Shown in pieces: positions 9,375 through 17,554 of a stretch of DNA of 64,000 nt. The stretch's first letter is position 1. Each line of letters begins with the position of its first letter. The notes under the pieces were generated by a model. That model worked only from the letters and a program-made list of their open reading frames with translations. It was not told where the DNA came from and searched no databases. Position numbers and translations under genes: made by a program. Source of the DNA: a virus; IMG/VR virus record IMGVR_UViG_3300017917_000400, positions 40,076 through 104,075 of that record; one strand, written 5' to 3'.

Positions 9375-11087
9375 TTATGCTGGAGGTGCGCCTGCCGGAG
9401 CGGCTGCTCCTGGTTCTGCTGGTGCTCCACCTTCTGCACCTGCCTCTGGAGCCATACCTTCTGGTGCTGGTTCTGCACCTGCCATTGCTGAAGCATCAGC
9501 GGCGATGCCAGTTGGGCTTACGCCGGCGGTACGTAATTCGCCTGCGGCATCTTGTGATGTGCTCTTAGCCATACCGCTTTCTTCTTTCCACAGGCGTTCG
9601 TTTTCTGCTAGGTCTTCGTCTGTCATACCTAGGAATCGTTTTAATGCAAAACGTTTAGCAATAAACGGTAATGCAACTACCTGTGCAAATGTTGAAATGC
9701 GCTGATTATCTAACTCTGCTTGACGATATGCGGCAAAGTTTTGTGGGCTTTGAAAGCGAATATCAAATAAACTAAAGTCAATGTTTACACCTTTGTTATA
9801 CAAGAATAATTTAAATTCTGTATCAAAAGTTTCAATCATTGCTGTTTGCAAACGCTCGCAATATTTGTTAAATCTTAGTTCTTGAATATATGCTGTGCCA
9901 ACACGACCGTCATTAAATGCGGCTTGACTGTCATCTGCACCTGTAGGCAAATAACTACTAGGAATACGCAGAGCTCGCATTAGTTTGTTGGTAAAATATT
10001 TTAAATCGTCAATCTCGCCCAGGTTAGTGCCGCCTGGTAATGTTTCAACTTTTGATCCACGACCTTCTGCTGTCTGAGGAAAGAAGTAGTCTTCATTGAT
10101 AGACAACGGATTATAAGCACTATCGATAGCACTGCCACCGCCTGTGCTACTAGGAATACGACGTTGATGAATTTCATTTTTTACTCTTTCAACGAACCCC
10201 ATGGCTAAGTGGCTAGGCATATTACCAACATCAATGTAGAAAATTCTACGCTCTGGAGCACGTTGTATGCGATAGATAATGATCGCATCTTCTAATAATT
10301 CTTTTTGTTTATAAACTTTGAATACAGATTCTAATAAACTGTTACCAAACGGATAATTGTTATCTAAGCCTTCGCTTAGGCTTAGATGCACTACATGTTT
10401 GGCTTCAACTGCAAATTCATTTTGACTGCGACTAAATCTTGTACCTGACTGTTGAGGATATGCGCCTGTCATGCCTCGTGCGCCACCGCCACCTTGAACA
10501 TAGGCAGCACCGCCTGGTTGTACATTTTGTGTGTTAGGATTGATCTGTGTTACTACTAGATCTTGTAGATTAATGTTTAAATCACGAATAACATACTGCT
10601 CAGGTTTTTTACCTTCGCTTTCGTTGACGATAATCTTAACTACTTTGCCTGGATCAACGTAGTACCATTTTTGTGTTTCTGGATCTCTAACAAAAAACCC
10701 GTCGCCATACTTAAACAAGTTACGTGCAATACGGAACATTCTTTGATCTAATTTCTGTAGTTTACTCCACTGCTGTAGATATTCTTTTAGAATTTTAACT
10801 TCAGAATTAGTTGCTCGATTTCTAAATTGTAGAGTAAATGGAGTGCCGTTTTCTTTGTTTTTCTGTGTGCAGAATTCTGCTAGAATGTCCAGTGCGGCAT
10901 TAACTTCACTGTCCCAGTCCATAGTATCGTACTGCATATAACGTTCGACACGATTTGGACTACCAGTGTAGACATCTGGAAGATAAGAACTGTAGTTACT
11001 GCGAGCTGGTCCGGGTTTACCGCCAGCACCAGATATTGGGCTAATATTGCCTGTGGTTACCGGTGAAAAGTGTCTTTTCCAACTCAT
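9375..11087 (-). CDS. gp20: Portal vertex protein (gp20 family)
   Basis: LLEDAIIIYRIQRAPERRIFYIDVGNMP, EDYFFPQTAEGRGSKVETLPGGTNLGEIDDLKYF. Confidence 0.97.
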   Translation of the reverse strand: MSWKRHFSPVTTGNISPISGAGGKPGPARSNYSSYLPDVYTGSPNRVERYMQYDTMDWDSEVNAALDILAEFCTQKNKENGTPFTLQFRNRATNSEVKILKEYLQQWSKLQKLDQRMFRIARNLFKYGDGFFVRDPETQKWYYVDPGKVVKIIVNESEGKKPEQYVIRDLNINLQDLVVTQINPNTQNVQPGGAAYVQGGGGARGMTGAYPQQSGTRFSRSQNEFAVEAKHVVHLSLSEGLDNNYPFGNSLLESVFKVYKQKELLEDAIIIYRIQRAPERRIFYIDVGNMPSHLAMGFVERVKNEIHQRRIPSSTGGGSAIDSAYNPLSINEDYFFPQTAEGRGSKVETLPGGTNLGEIDDLKYFTNKLMRALRIPSSYLPTGADDSQAAFNDGRVGTAYIQELRFNKYCERLQTAMIETFDTEFKLFLYNKGVNIDFSLFDIRFQSPQNFAAYRQAELDNQRISTFAQVVALPFIAKRFALKRFLGMTDEDLAENERLWKEESGMAKSTSQDAAGELRTAGVSPTGIAADASAMAGAEPAPEGMAPEAGAEGGAPAEPGAAAPAGAPPA

Positions 11088-11099
11088 TATTAATTCCTA

Positions 11100-13493
11100 T
11101 TATACAATGTTTCCAGTGGCTTGTCTAGTGTATTTGGCTGTCTTGCTTAAGAAATCATTAGCATCAGATTGATGTGATACTAACTGTCCCATGTTCATAT
11201 TTAACTGATTTAACAAGGTAACCATTTCTTTTTCCATTCCCGGACCAAGTGCTGTTGGTGTTTTTAATTCTGGTTTTGGCTGTGTAGTTTGTTTTTCAAC
11301 TGCTGAACTTAATTTACTAATGCTGTCATTTAATGTGTTTAAGTTTACATTATTAAGGTCTTTAAATGCAGATGTAGTTACACTGATAGTATCTTTAAGT
11401 GTTTTTAATTTGATTACACTTTGATCAATACTAGTTCCTACAGATTCAGGTATGGCTAATTTAGAGAAATCGACACTCTTAAGTGCAGTATTAAGTTCGT
11501 TAACATCCTTTGACATTTGACCTGTAACCGCCTGTGCATTAGACGCTGCCTGCATATTTTGGGGAATATTTGCGCCCGCTGTTGGGGTCGCTGGAGCGAC
11601 AACAGTGTTAGTTCCGCCTGTTTCAAATGCTTTTCTTGCTTTTAAGAAATCTGGAGTAACCATATCCATTAGATCGTCTGCAAAATAAACAGCGGCACCC
11701 GCGGCAGTAGTTCCCATTAATACATATTTGTTTTTCTTGGCGGCGCCCATAATCTTTTGCCACCAACTTGGCTTTTCACCTATTTCTTCTGCACCTTCTT
11801 TTAAAATTTTACCAGGTGTAGTTCCAGGTTTTTCAGGAGTTCCTGGCTTTTTGCTATCAGGCTTGCTAGGTTCAGTTGTTGGTGCAGTTGTTGGGGCTTT
11901 ACCGTCTCTGTATTTGTCATAGGCCATGCCTGCGGCCTTAGCACCTACATAAGTTGCGGCTGCGGCACCCCCAACCTTAATAAGATCGTTAATTAGTACT
12001 TTAGCAGTTTCAGCACCAAATAGAGTTATCATTCTACGTGAGGGATCAATTTCTGCAAACTTGTCAGCGGCTGCCATACCAGCATCGGCAGCCATTTTCA
12101 TTCCTTTGGCTGTTAAATCTAATGTGCCTGTTTCAATAAAAGATTTTTTAAACGAATTTTGAATCTGAGTTAATGTTTGATCTAAACCAGCGGCAGCTCT
12201 TGTTGGATCTGTTGATTTTAATTTGTCTGCTTGTTCTTTGGCAGCGGCATCCATGGCTGCATTAGTATCCTGCATACCCTGCATCACTGCTTTACCTAAT
12301 GCTGGAGTAAAATTACCCATTGTGGCCATAGAACCCGCAAGTCTACGTTCACCTTCTGTTAACTGTTCGCCTGCTCGACCTGCTTTAGCAAATCCTTCAT
12401 TCATTCCTCTTACAGCATCTTTACTACCGTTGAACAGATCTCTACCCATTTTACCTGCATCAACACCTGCACTGGCCATGGTCATTGTAAAGTTACGTGC
12501 TTCTTTAGTTACTGCAACACCGCCAGATGCTATTAAATCTTTAAAGCCCGCTGCCATTTGACCGGTTGGATCTAATTGATTTAACTGTGCAATCTTAGCG
12601 TTGACTGCGGTACGTTCTTCTTCACTAAGTTTACCAAGAGCTAGTTTCATTCTAGCATCTCTCTGTGCGGCTTTGTTCTGTTCGTCTAATTGCTGTCTAG
12701 ATATACCAGTAGCCTTGGCCATCTTATCTAGTTCTTCGTTGTACTTGGCGGCACCTTCTGCAACTTCTGCATCGCTCATTGAGCGAAGTCTTCCACTTCT
12801 TTGCAGTTGTTCCATGTAACTAGCATTATAGTTAGCCAGTTCGTCCATGCTAAAGCCAAGTGAGGCAAATTTCTGTCCAGACTTATCCATGAATTTGCCT
12901 TGTATGGAAGCAAATTTATCAGCACCTTGGCTGGCTGTACCAAATGCCATAGATAACGTTGTAGAGTTTTCTTTGATTGTACGTGCAAAGATTTCTAAAG
13001 GAAGCCTTGCTTCACCGGCTTTTAATTGAGCAGTTAGTAATGAGTCGCCTAGATCAATACCTGACTGAGATAACTGTCTAAAAATCTGTACTTGATCGTC
13101 AAGAACTCCGCCAAACTGTGTTATTACATCACTGACACCTTTAAGATTAGCCAACGGCATTGAAGCCAAGTAGCCAGTAAAGTCTCTAATAGCCGGTGTT
13201 GTGTTAGTAAATGCTTTGCCAAATGTCTGTGCAGTGCCTTGTAGAGCATCGCCGAATACATTTATAGATTCTGTAAAGCCCTTTTCTGCTTGCGCTCCTT
13301 TTGCTCTAGCGTCGTCTGCCGCAGTTTTTGTAGCACCTGCATCACCACCGGCGGGTATACCACTAGGCTTGGCTCCCGATGTTTGACCTGCACCTTTGTT
13401 CAACTGCGCCAATATCTGGCGCATTGTAGATTCTTCGGCGGCTCCTTCAACTAATACTGTACCGTACTGCGGTATGGTGACTTTTATTGCCAT
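11100..13493 (-). CDS. Probable tail tape measure protein (797 aa)
   Basis: Ala/Gly/Met-rich helical protein, ELDKMAKATGISRQQL motif, two hydrophobic Ala/Gly segments, head-to-head with frameshifting chaperone gene. Confidence 0.7.
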   Translation of the reverse strand: MAIKVTIPQYGTVLVEGAAEESTMRQILAQLNKGAGQTSGAKPSGIPAGGDAGATKTAADDARAKGAQAEKGFTESINVFGDALQGTAQTFGKAFTNTTPAIRDFTGYLASMPLANLKGVSDVITQFGGVLDDQVQIFRQLSQSGIDLGDSLLTAQLKAGEARLPLEIFARTIKENSTTLSMAFGTASQGADKFASIQGKFMDKSGQKFASLGFSMDELANYNASYMEQLQRSGRLRSMSDAEVAEGAAKYNEELDKMAKATGISRQQLDEQNKAAQRDARMKLALGKLSEEERTAVNAKIAQLNQLDPTGQMAAGFKDLIASGGVAVTKEARNFTMTMASAGVDAGKMGRDLFNGSKDAVRGMNEGFAKAGRAGEQLTEGERRLAGSMATMGNFTPALGKAVMQGMQDTNAAMDAAAKEQADKLKSTDPTRAAAGLDQTLTQIQNSFKKSFIETGTLDLTAKGMKMAADAGMAAADKFAEIDPSRRMITLFGAETAKVLINDLIKVGGAAAATYVGAKAAGMAYDKYRDGKAPTTAPTTEPSKPDSKKPGTPEKPGTTPGKILKEGAEEIGEKPSWWQKIMGAAKKNKYVLMGTTAAGAAVYFADDLMDMVTPDFLKARKAFETGGTNTVVAPATPTAGANIPQNMQAASNAQAVTGQMSKDVNELNTALKSVDFSKLAIPESVGTSIDQSVIKLKTLKDTISVTTSAFKDLNNVNLNTLNDSISKLSSAVEKQTTQPKPELKTPTALGPGMEKEMVTLLNQLNMNMGQLVSHQSDANDFLSKTAKYTRQATGNIV

Positions 13494-13518
13494 TTATTTT
13501 TCCATGAAAAACTGCGTA

Positions 13519-13551
13519 TATAAATAATAAGACGAGCAGTATATTATTTAG
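13519..13551. promoter_or_regulatory. Pair of oppositely oriented late promoters: TATAAATA (+, 13519-13526) and CTAAATA (-, 13551-13545)
   Basis: Exact T4 late consensus on + ahead of the chaperone gene; nTAAATA on - ahead of the tape measure. Confidence 0.7.
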
Positions 13552-13567
13552 TGGAGTTAAAAAACAC

Positions 13568-14434
13568 ATGGAAAACCAAGAACAACAAGGAATGAATCCT
13601 TTAAAGAAATATTTCAGACAACCAAAGATATATCTTAAATTACCTAGTAGCGGTAATTTTTATCCCAAGGGTTCAATTGAATTTACACAAAATATGGAAT
13701 TTCCTGTGTATGCCATGACTGCTAGAGATGAAATCGCAATTAAAACTCCAGATGCACTAATGAATGGTCAAAGCACAGTTGACGTTATACAAAGTTGCAT
13801 TCCAAATATTAAAAATGCTTGGATGATTCCAAGTATCGACATTGATGCTATTCTTATCGCTATCCGTATTGCTACCTACGGAGAGCAAATTGATCTTGAT
13901 ATCAGTATTCCAAATACCACTATAACTAAGACATATACCACAGATCTAAGATTGGCCTTAGATAAACTACTTACTGCTGTCTACGATTCAGAAATTAAAA
14001 TAAATGATGAATTAACTGCGTTTATACGCCCTATTAACTATGAAGAATTTACTAAAAATTCAATTAAAACCTTAGAGGAACAAAGAATATTCAGCATAGT
14101 TAACAGTCAAGAAATGTCAGAACACCAAAAAATTGAGCAGTTTAATAAAAGTTTTAAAATTTTAACAGAAATTAATGTTGGTTCTATTGTTAAAAGTATT
14201 GTTAAGATTGTTACTCCTGACGGAGAAGTAACAAATATTGATCATATTAATGAATTTGTCAACAATTCGGACACAGAGTTTTTTAACAAAGTCACAGATC
14301 ATTTAGAAAAACAACGTGACAAGTTTACAATGCCTATGTTTAAAATTGTTACTACTCAAGAAGAGCGCGAACAAGGCGCTCCAGACGAATTTGAAACACC
14401 AGTATCGTTGGATGCTTCAAATTTTTTCGCATAA
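13568..14434 (+). CDS. Baseplate hub/tail assembly chaperone (gp26-like), 288 aa
   Basis: NPLKKYFRQPKIYLKLPSSG, MTARDE, DIDAILIAIRIATYGE; ends ..SNFFA on a slippery run. Confidence 0.75.
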   Translation: MENQEQQGMNPLKKYFRQPKIYLKLPSSGNFYPKGSIEFTQNMEFPVYAMTARDEIAIKTPDALMNGQSTVDVIQSCIPNIKNAWMIPSIDIDAILIAIRIATYGEQIDLDISIPNTTITKTYTTDLRLALDKLLTAVYDSEIKINDELTAFIRPINYEEFTKNSIKTLEEQRIFSIVNSQEMSEHQKIEQFNKSFKILTEINVGSIVKSIVKIVTPDGEVTNIDHINEFVNNSDTEFFNKVTDHLEKQRDKFTMPMFKIVTTQEEREQGAPDEFETPVSLDASNFFA

Positions 14435-14484
14435 AGCTCTTCAACCTTAACCTCGAAGACGCACTGCGAGTCGTTGAAGGGCTT
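14419..14484 (+). promoter_or_regulatory. Putative -1 programmed ribosomal frameshift signal
   Basis: In-frame A_AAT_TTT (14419-14425) and T_TTT_TTC (14422-14428); 12-bp stem AAGCUCUUCAAC (14434-14445)/GUUGAAGGGCUU (14473-14484). Confidence 0.75.
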
Positions 14485-14658
14485 GATAAAGAAGTTAAAG
14501 CGATTCGTACAGATCTACTAAAAATTACCTGGTACATGAGAGGTGGTATCACATTAGATGATGCCTTTGCTCTTACAGTTGAAGATCGTGAGATCATATC
14601 AGAGATTATCAAAGATAATCTAGAAACTACTAAGAAATCAGGATTACCTTTCTTTTAA
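14428..14658 (+). CDS. gp51-like C-terminal extension in the -1 frame (76 aa; predicted fusion about 363 aa); not in ORF track
   Basis: Frame open 14395-14658: RIKLFNLNLEDALRVVEGLDKEVKAIRTDLLKITWYMRGGITLDDAFALTVEDREIISEIIKDNLETTKKSGLPFF*; only ATG (14536) is internal and lacks an SD. Confidence 0.7.
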   Translation, partial: RIKLFNLNLEDALRVVEGLDKEVKAIRTDLLKITWYMRGGITLDDAFALTVEDREIISEIIKDNLETTKKSGLPFF

Positions 14659-14659
14659 T

Positions 14660-15101
14660 ATTATAGATGAACTGCGTTCATCTGTTCTTCGCTATCGCTC
14701 GAACTATTTGTTTCTTTTTAATAATAGAGCATTATTAAGTGCGAAGCACTTTAGCATTATCCAGATTGTTCAGTCACACTTTGCCCGCACAGGGCAAAGA
14801 AATGAACATTATCCGAGTTGCACAATGTCACACAGCAGTAGAGCATTACAGTGGCGGTTGACCGGTACCACGAGCTCCGTCTTCATTCAACGGCGGCATA
14901 CATTAATCTGCTATCACTAGTGTATGCGTGAGGTTTTTCTCCTCTCTTTGGGCCTTTATTCTTTCAAACAGCAAAACTTGGGCAGTTTCAAGTCGTCGTC
15001 CTGTTAAGGATAGTTGCTGAGTACTCTTTACGGCGAGAGATTTCCGTCCCTGCGACCCGCGGTCCAGGTATAAGGGCGCATGAAGTTAGCCTGCGCGAGC
15101 T
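14660..15101 (-). ncRNA. Candidate large structured non-coding RNA downstream of GIY-YIG gene
   Basis: About 440 nt without a credible ORF, GC-richer than flanks, more than 12 helices, two pseudoknots; G-U pairs work on the minus strand only. Confidence 0.65.
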
Positions 15102-15545
15102 TTAACCGTTTGATTTGGCCTGTGCTTGCTCTTGAAGACGTTGCCTTAGAATGTTTGAGCCGCCTACTCTGACGTTAATGATACCATTATAGTAATCATC
15201 TGTTTCTAATACTCTGCGTTCAAACTGTTCTCTTGCCTCTAGATATGACATTTCTGCCTTGGACTTGCAATAATAAAGTATTTCTCTAGTGAATTTTTCT
15301 GGACCTAATGCTTGTACATCTGCATTTAATCTGTCAGAAGAACCCCAATAGTCGCGCCAATCGCTTTCTACGGTACTTCTTCTTTTAAGTTTACGGCCTT
15401 TGAGTGGTGGTTTAGTGCGTTTAAACTGTGCTAGTTTTTTGCCTATGTACTTTTGCCCGGTTGTAAGATTGGTTATAAGATAAACAAAACCTATATAACC
15501 TTCGGGAATTTCTTCGACTAAACTGTTTTGATAGTGCCATGACAT
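15102..15545 (-). CDS. Small stand-alone GIY-YIG endonuclease
   Basis: GFVYLITNLTTGQKYIGKK, SDWRDYWGSS, FTREIL, YLEAREQF, YYNG. Confidence 0.85.
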   Translation of the reverse strand: MSWHYQNSLVEEIPEGYIGFVYLITNLTTGQKYIGKKLAQFKRTKPPLKGRKLKRRSTVESDWRDYWGSSDRLNADVQALGPEKFTREILYYCKSKAEMSYLEAREQFERRVLETDDYYNGIINVRVGGSNILRQRLQEQAQAKSNG

Positions 15546-15579
15546 GCACTTATATACCGGTTAGTCACTGCCTGTGTCT

Positions 15580-15780
15580 TTAGTTTTGGTTTTTTTTACG
15601 TGAAGCCTGTATTTCCATTCGCCTTTTTTTACATAGATCTCTAATTGTTCTTAGATATTCTCTTGCCTGTACGCTAGATCCGTGATAGCCGTAACGTTCA
15701 TATCGTTCGTTCCAGCGAGAGTACTCAATAAACGCTTTAACTAAAGAGTCGTGAGTGTCGTCTTTGATATCATCAGTCAT
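15580..15780 (-). CDS. Small basic helical protein, possibly Hc1/histone-H1-like DNA-binding
   Basis: SSVQAREYLRTIRDLCKKRRMEIQ resembles the RARK.L..L.KL.K.RR.EIQ pattern. Confidence 0.4.
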   Translation of the reverse strand: MTDDIKDDTHDSLVKAFIEYSRWNERYERYGYHGSSVQAREYLRTIRDLCKKRRMEIQASRKKNQN

Positions 15781-17554
15781 AAACTTCTATATCGTTAGCG
15801 TAACTAGTGAACCCGTTTTCTTTTATTACCTTGAGCACGTTGTTCACTCGACCCACTAATTCATCCCTATGAGAAATTAGATAGATGTTCTTATTGCGTT
15901 CACGGCCCATCTTTTTCAAGATTCCTAAGGAGTTTTCAACTCCTGCGGCGTCCATGCCCGAATCAATAAGTTCATCTATGAATAAGAGATTGATGTTCTG
16001 GTATAACGACTCCCAGACATCGCGGAATGCCCAACTTAATCCTAAGATTAATCGATTCCTTTCTCCTCGTGACAGGTTATCAAAATCTAAGTCCTGCCCG
16101 AGTTGGGTTATTTCTACCGTTAGGTCATTTTGGAATACAACGGTGTGAGGTAGACCCACCTTATCAAGGTAATAAGTGAGACGATTATTCAAATAAGCAA
16201 GATTCTGATCAATAATCTTCTTACGAATAAACGAATCTTTGTTAGTTAACAGTTTTAATAAGAACTCTTGATGTTCCTTCATAGAATTTAAACTGTTAAC
16301 TGAATCCCAAGACACTTCTTGTAGAGCAGTATTTTCTAATTCAACAATCTGTTCTTGATAAGTGTCAACTTCGTCTTGTTTATTTTTTAATTGAACTGCA
16401 AGACTTTCTAAATTGCTTCGATGATTGTATGCTTCGTTTAAGGTGTCGTAGAACGTTGCGGGTCTGCCGTTGATATCTCCAATACTGTCTAATTCTTTGA
16501 CAATCAACTCTAGGTCCCCTGTGACTTTGGACAAGTATATATCTGCATCAACGAGATTTTTTTCTGCCGCTTTAATCATTTCTCCGTGCTTATGATCGTG
16601 CAATTCTTGTTCGCAGGCTGGACAAGTTTTATTTTCTAGTTGTTCAACTTCTTTACGATATTTTTTTACACTTTTATCTGCTTGCATCACAGCAGTTTCT
16701 AATGTTGCACGTTCTTTATTAAGACTTTTAATCTTTGCTGATTGCTCGTCATAAATTTTAACTAATTCATGTTGTGCAATTTCTTGATCAATGTCTACTT
16801 TAGCCAACTCGTCTATAGCACTTTGAATTTTTGCAATATCTACATCTTTATTTTTCTGCCACACAGATTGTTTTAATTTTAAACTGTTAATACTCTCTTG
16901 AATTTTATCGTTAGATTTTTTAACAGCATCAATTCTTGCACTTTCCTGTGTAATTTCGTCTTTGGTAATACGAATTTGTTCTTTAAGTTCCTCTGCCTTT
17001 TCGCTCAACAGAGTAATACCTAACAGTTGTTCAATAATAACACGTTGATCGTTAGATTTCATACTTAAAAAAGGTTCAGTATATGTGTTCAATGCTACAA
17101 CGTGTTTGAACATGTCGTGACTTAGCCCTAATAATTCGTCAATGTCTTTTTGTGTTTCGCGACTATCGCCTTGGCCTTCGTCGTCAACATCTGCGTTTTC
17201 CTGTTCTTGTTCGTCTACATAAAACTTTAGTACATTAGGTTTACGACCACGTTCAATTCTATACAGTCTTCCGTCTTTTTCAAACTCAACAGTGACTAAC
17301 ATGTTCTTATTGTTAATTTTATTAATAAGATTATCTTTTTTGATGTTAGTCAGTGCTTGTCCGTAAAGCGCATAACTTAATGCGTTTACAATAGTGGTCT
17401 TACCCGTGCCGTTTCGAGAGCCGGAATCGTCACCTCCTTGGTCCAAGTTCTCGCCTAAGACTAGGGTAAGTTGCTCTTTATTAAAATCTACTGCCTGCGT
17501 AGCATTACCTACGCTCATAAAATTTTTAACTGTTAGATCTTTTATTTTTATCAT
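15773..17554 (-). CDS. gp46: Recombination endonuclease ATPase subunit (gp46/Rad50/SbcC)
   Basis: Walker A NGTGKTT, zinc hook CPAC, signature LSRGE, Walker B LLFIDE, ISH. Confidence 0.95.
   Translation of the reverse strand: MIKIKDLTVKNFMSVGNATQAVDFNKEQLTLVLGENLDQGGDDSGSRNGTGKTTIVNALSYALYGQALTNIKKDNLINKINNKNMLVTVEFEKDGRLYRIERGRKPNVLKFYVDEQEQENADVDDEGQGDSRETQKDIDELLGLSHDMFKHVVALNTYTEPFLSMKSNDQRVIIEQLLGITLLSEKAEELKEQIRITKDEITQESARIDAVKKSNDKIQESINSLKLKQSVWQKNKDVDIAKIQSAIDELAKVDIDQEIAQHELVKIYDEQSAKIKSLNKERATLETAVMQADKSVKKYRKEVEQLENKTCPACEQELHDHKHGEMIKAAEKNLVDADIYLSKVTGDLELIVKELDSIGDINGRPATFYDTLNEAYNHRSNLESLAVQLKNKQDEVDTYQEQIVELENTALQEVSWDSVNSLNSMKEHQEFLLKLLTNKDSFIRKKIIDQNLAYLNNRLTYYLDKVGLPHTVVFQNDLTVEITQLGQDLDFDNLSRGERNRLILGLSWAFRDVWESLYQNINLLFIDELIDSGMDAAGVENSLGILKKMGRERNKNIYLISHRDELVGRVNNVLKVIKENGFTSYANDIEVYD

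Noticed and set aside
14352-14612. 86-aa minus-strand ORF over the frameshift region
   Set aside because: Antisense shadow of the plus-strand gp51-like frame; no SD or promoter.
14708-14920. 70-aa plus-strand ORF inside the structured element
   Set aside because: TTG start without SD, non-protein-like composition, and it overlaps dense helices better explained by RNA/DNA structure.
14760-15070. CsrB/RsmZ-like sponge (about 8 GGA motifs on minus strand)
   Set aside because: Count is not clearly above chance and most GGAs lie in stems, not loops.
14660-15101. Group I/II intron, tmRNA or RNase P identity for the structured element
   Set aside because: It does not interrupt a gene (flanks are convergent). 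CUCAGCAACUA only loosely resembles a group I R element; no group II domain V, no tRNA-like ends or tag ORF, no RNase P GAGGAAAGUCC core.
15102-15545. Mobile Seg-like homing endonuclease insertion
   Set aside because: Only 147 aa with no evident C-terminal DNA-binding repeats; looks like the conserved stand-alone family, so not called a mobile element.
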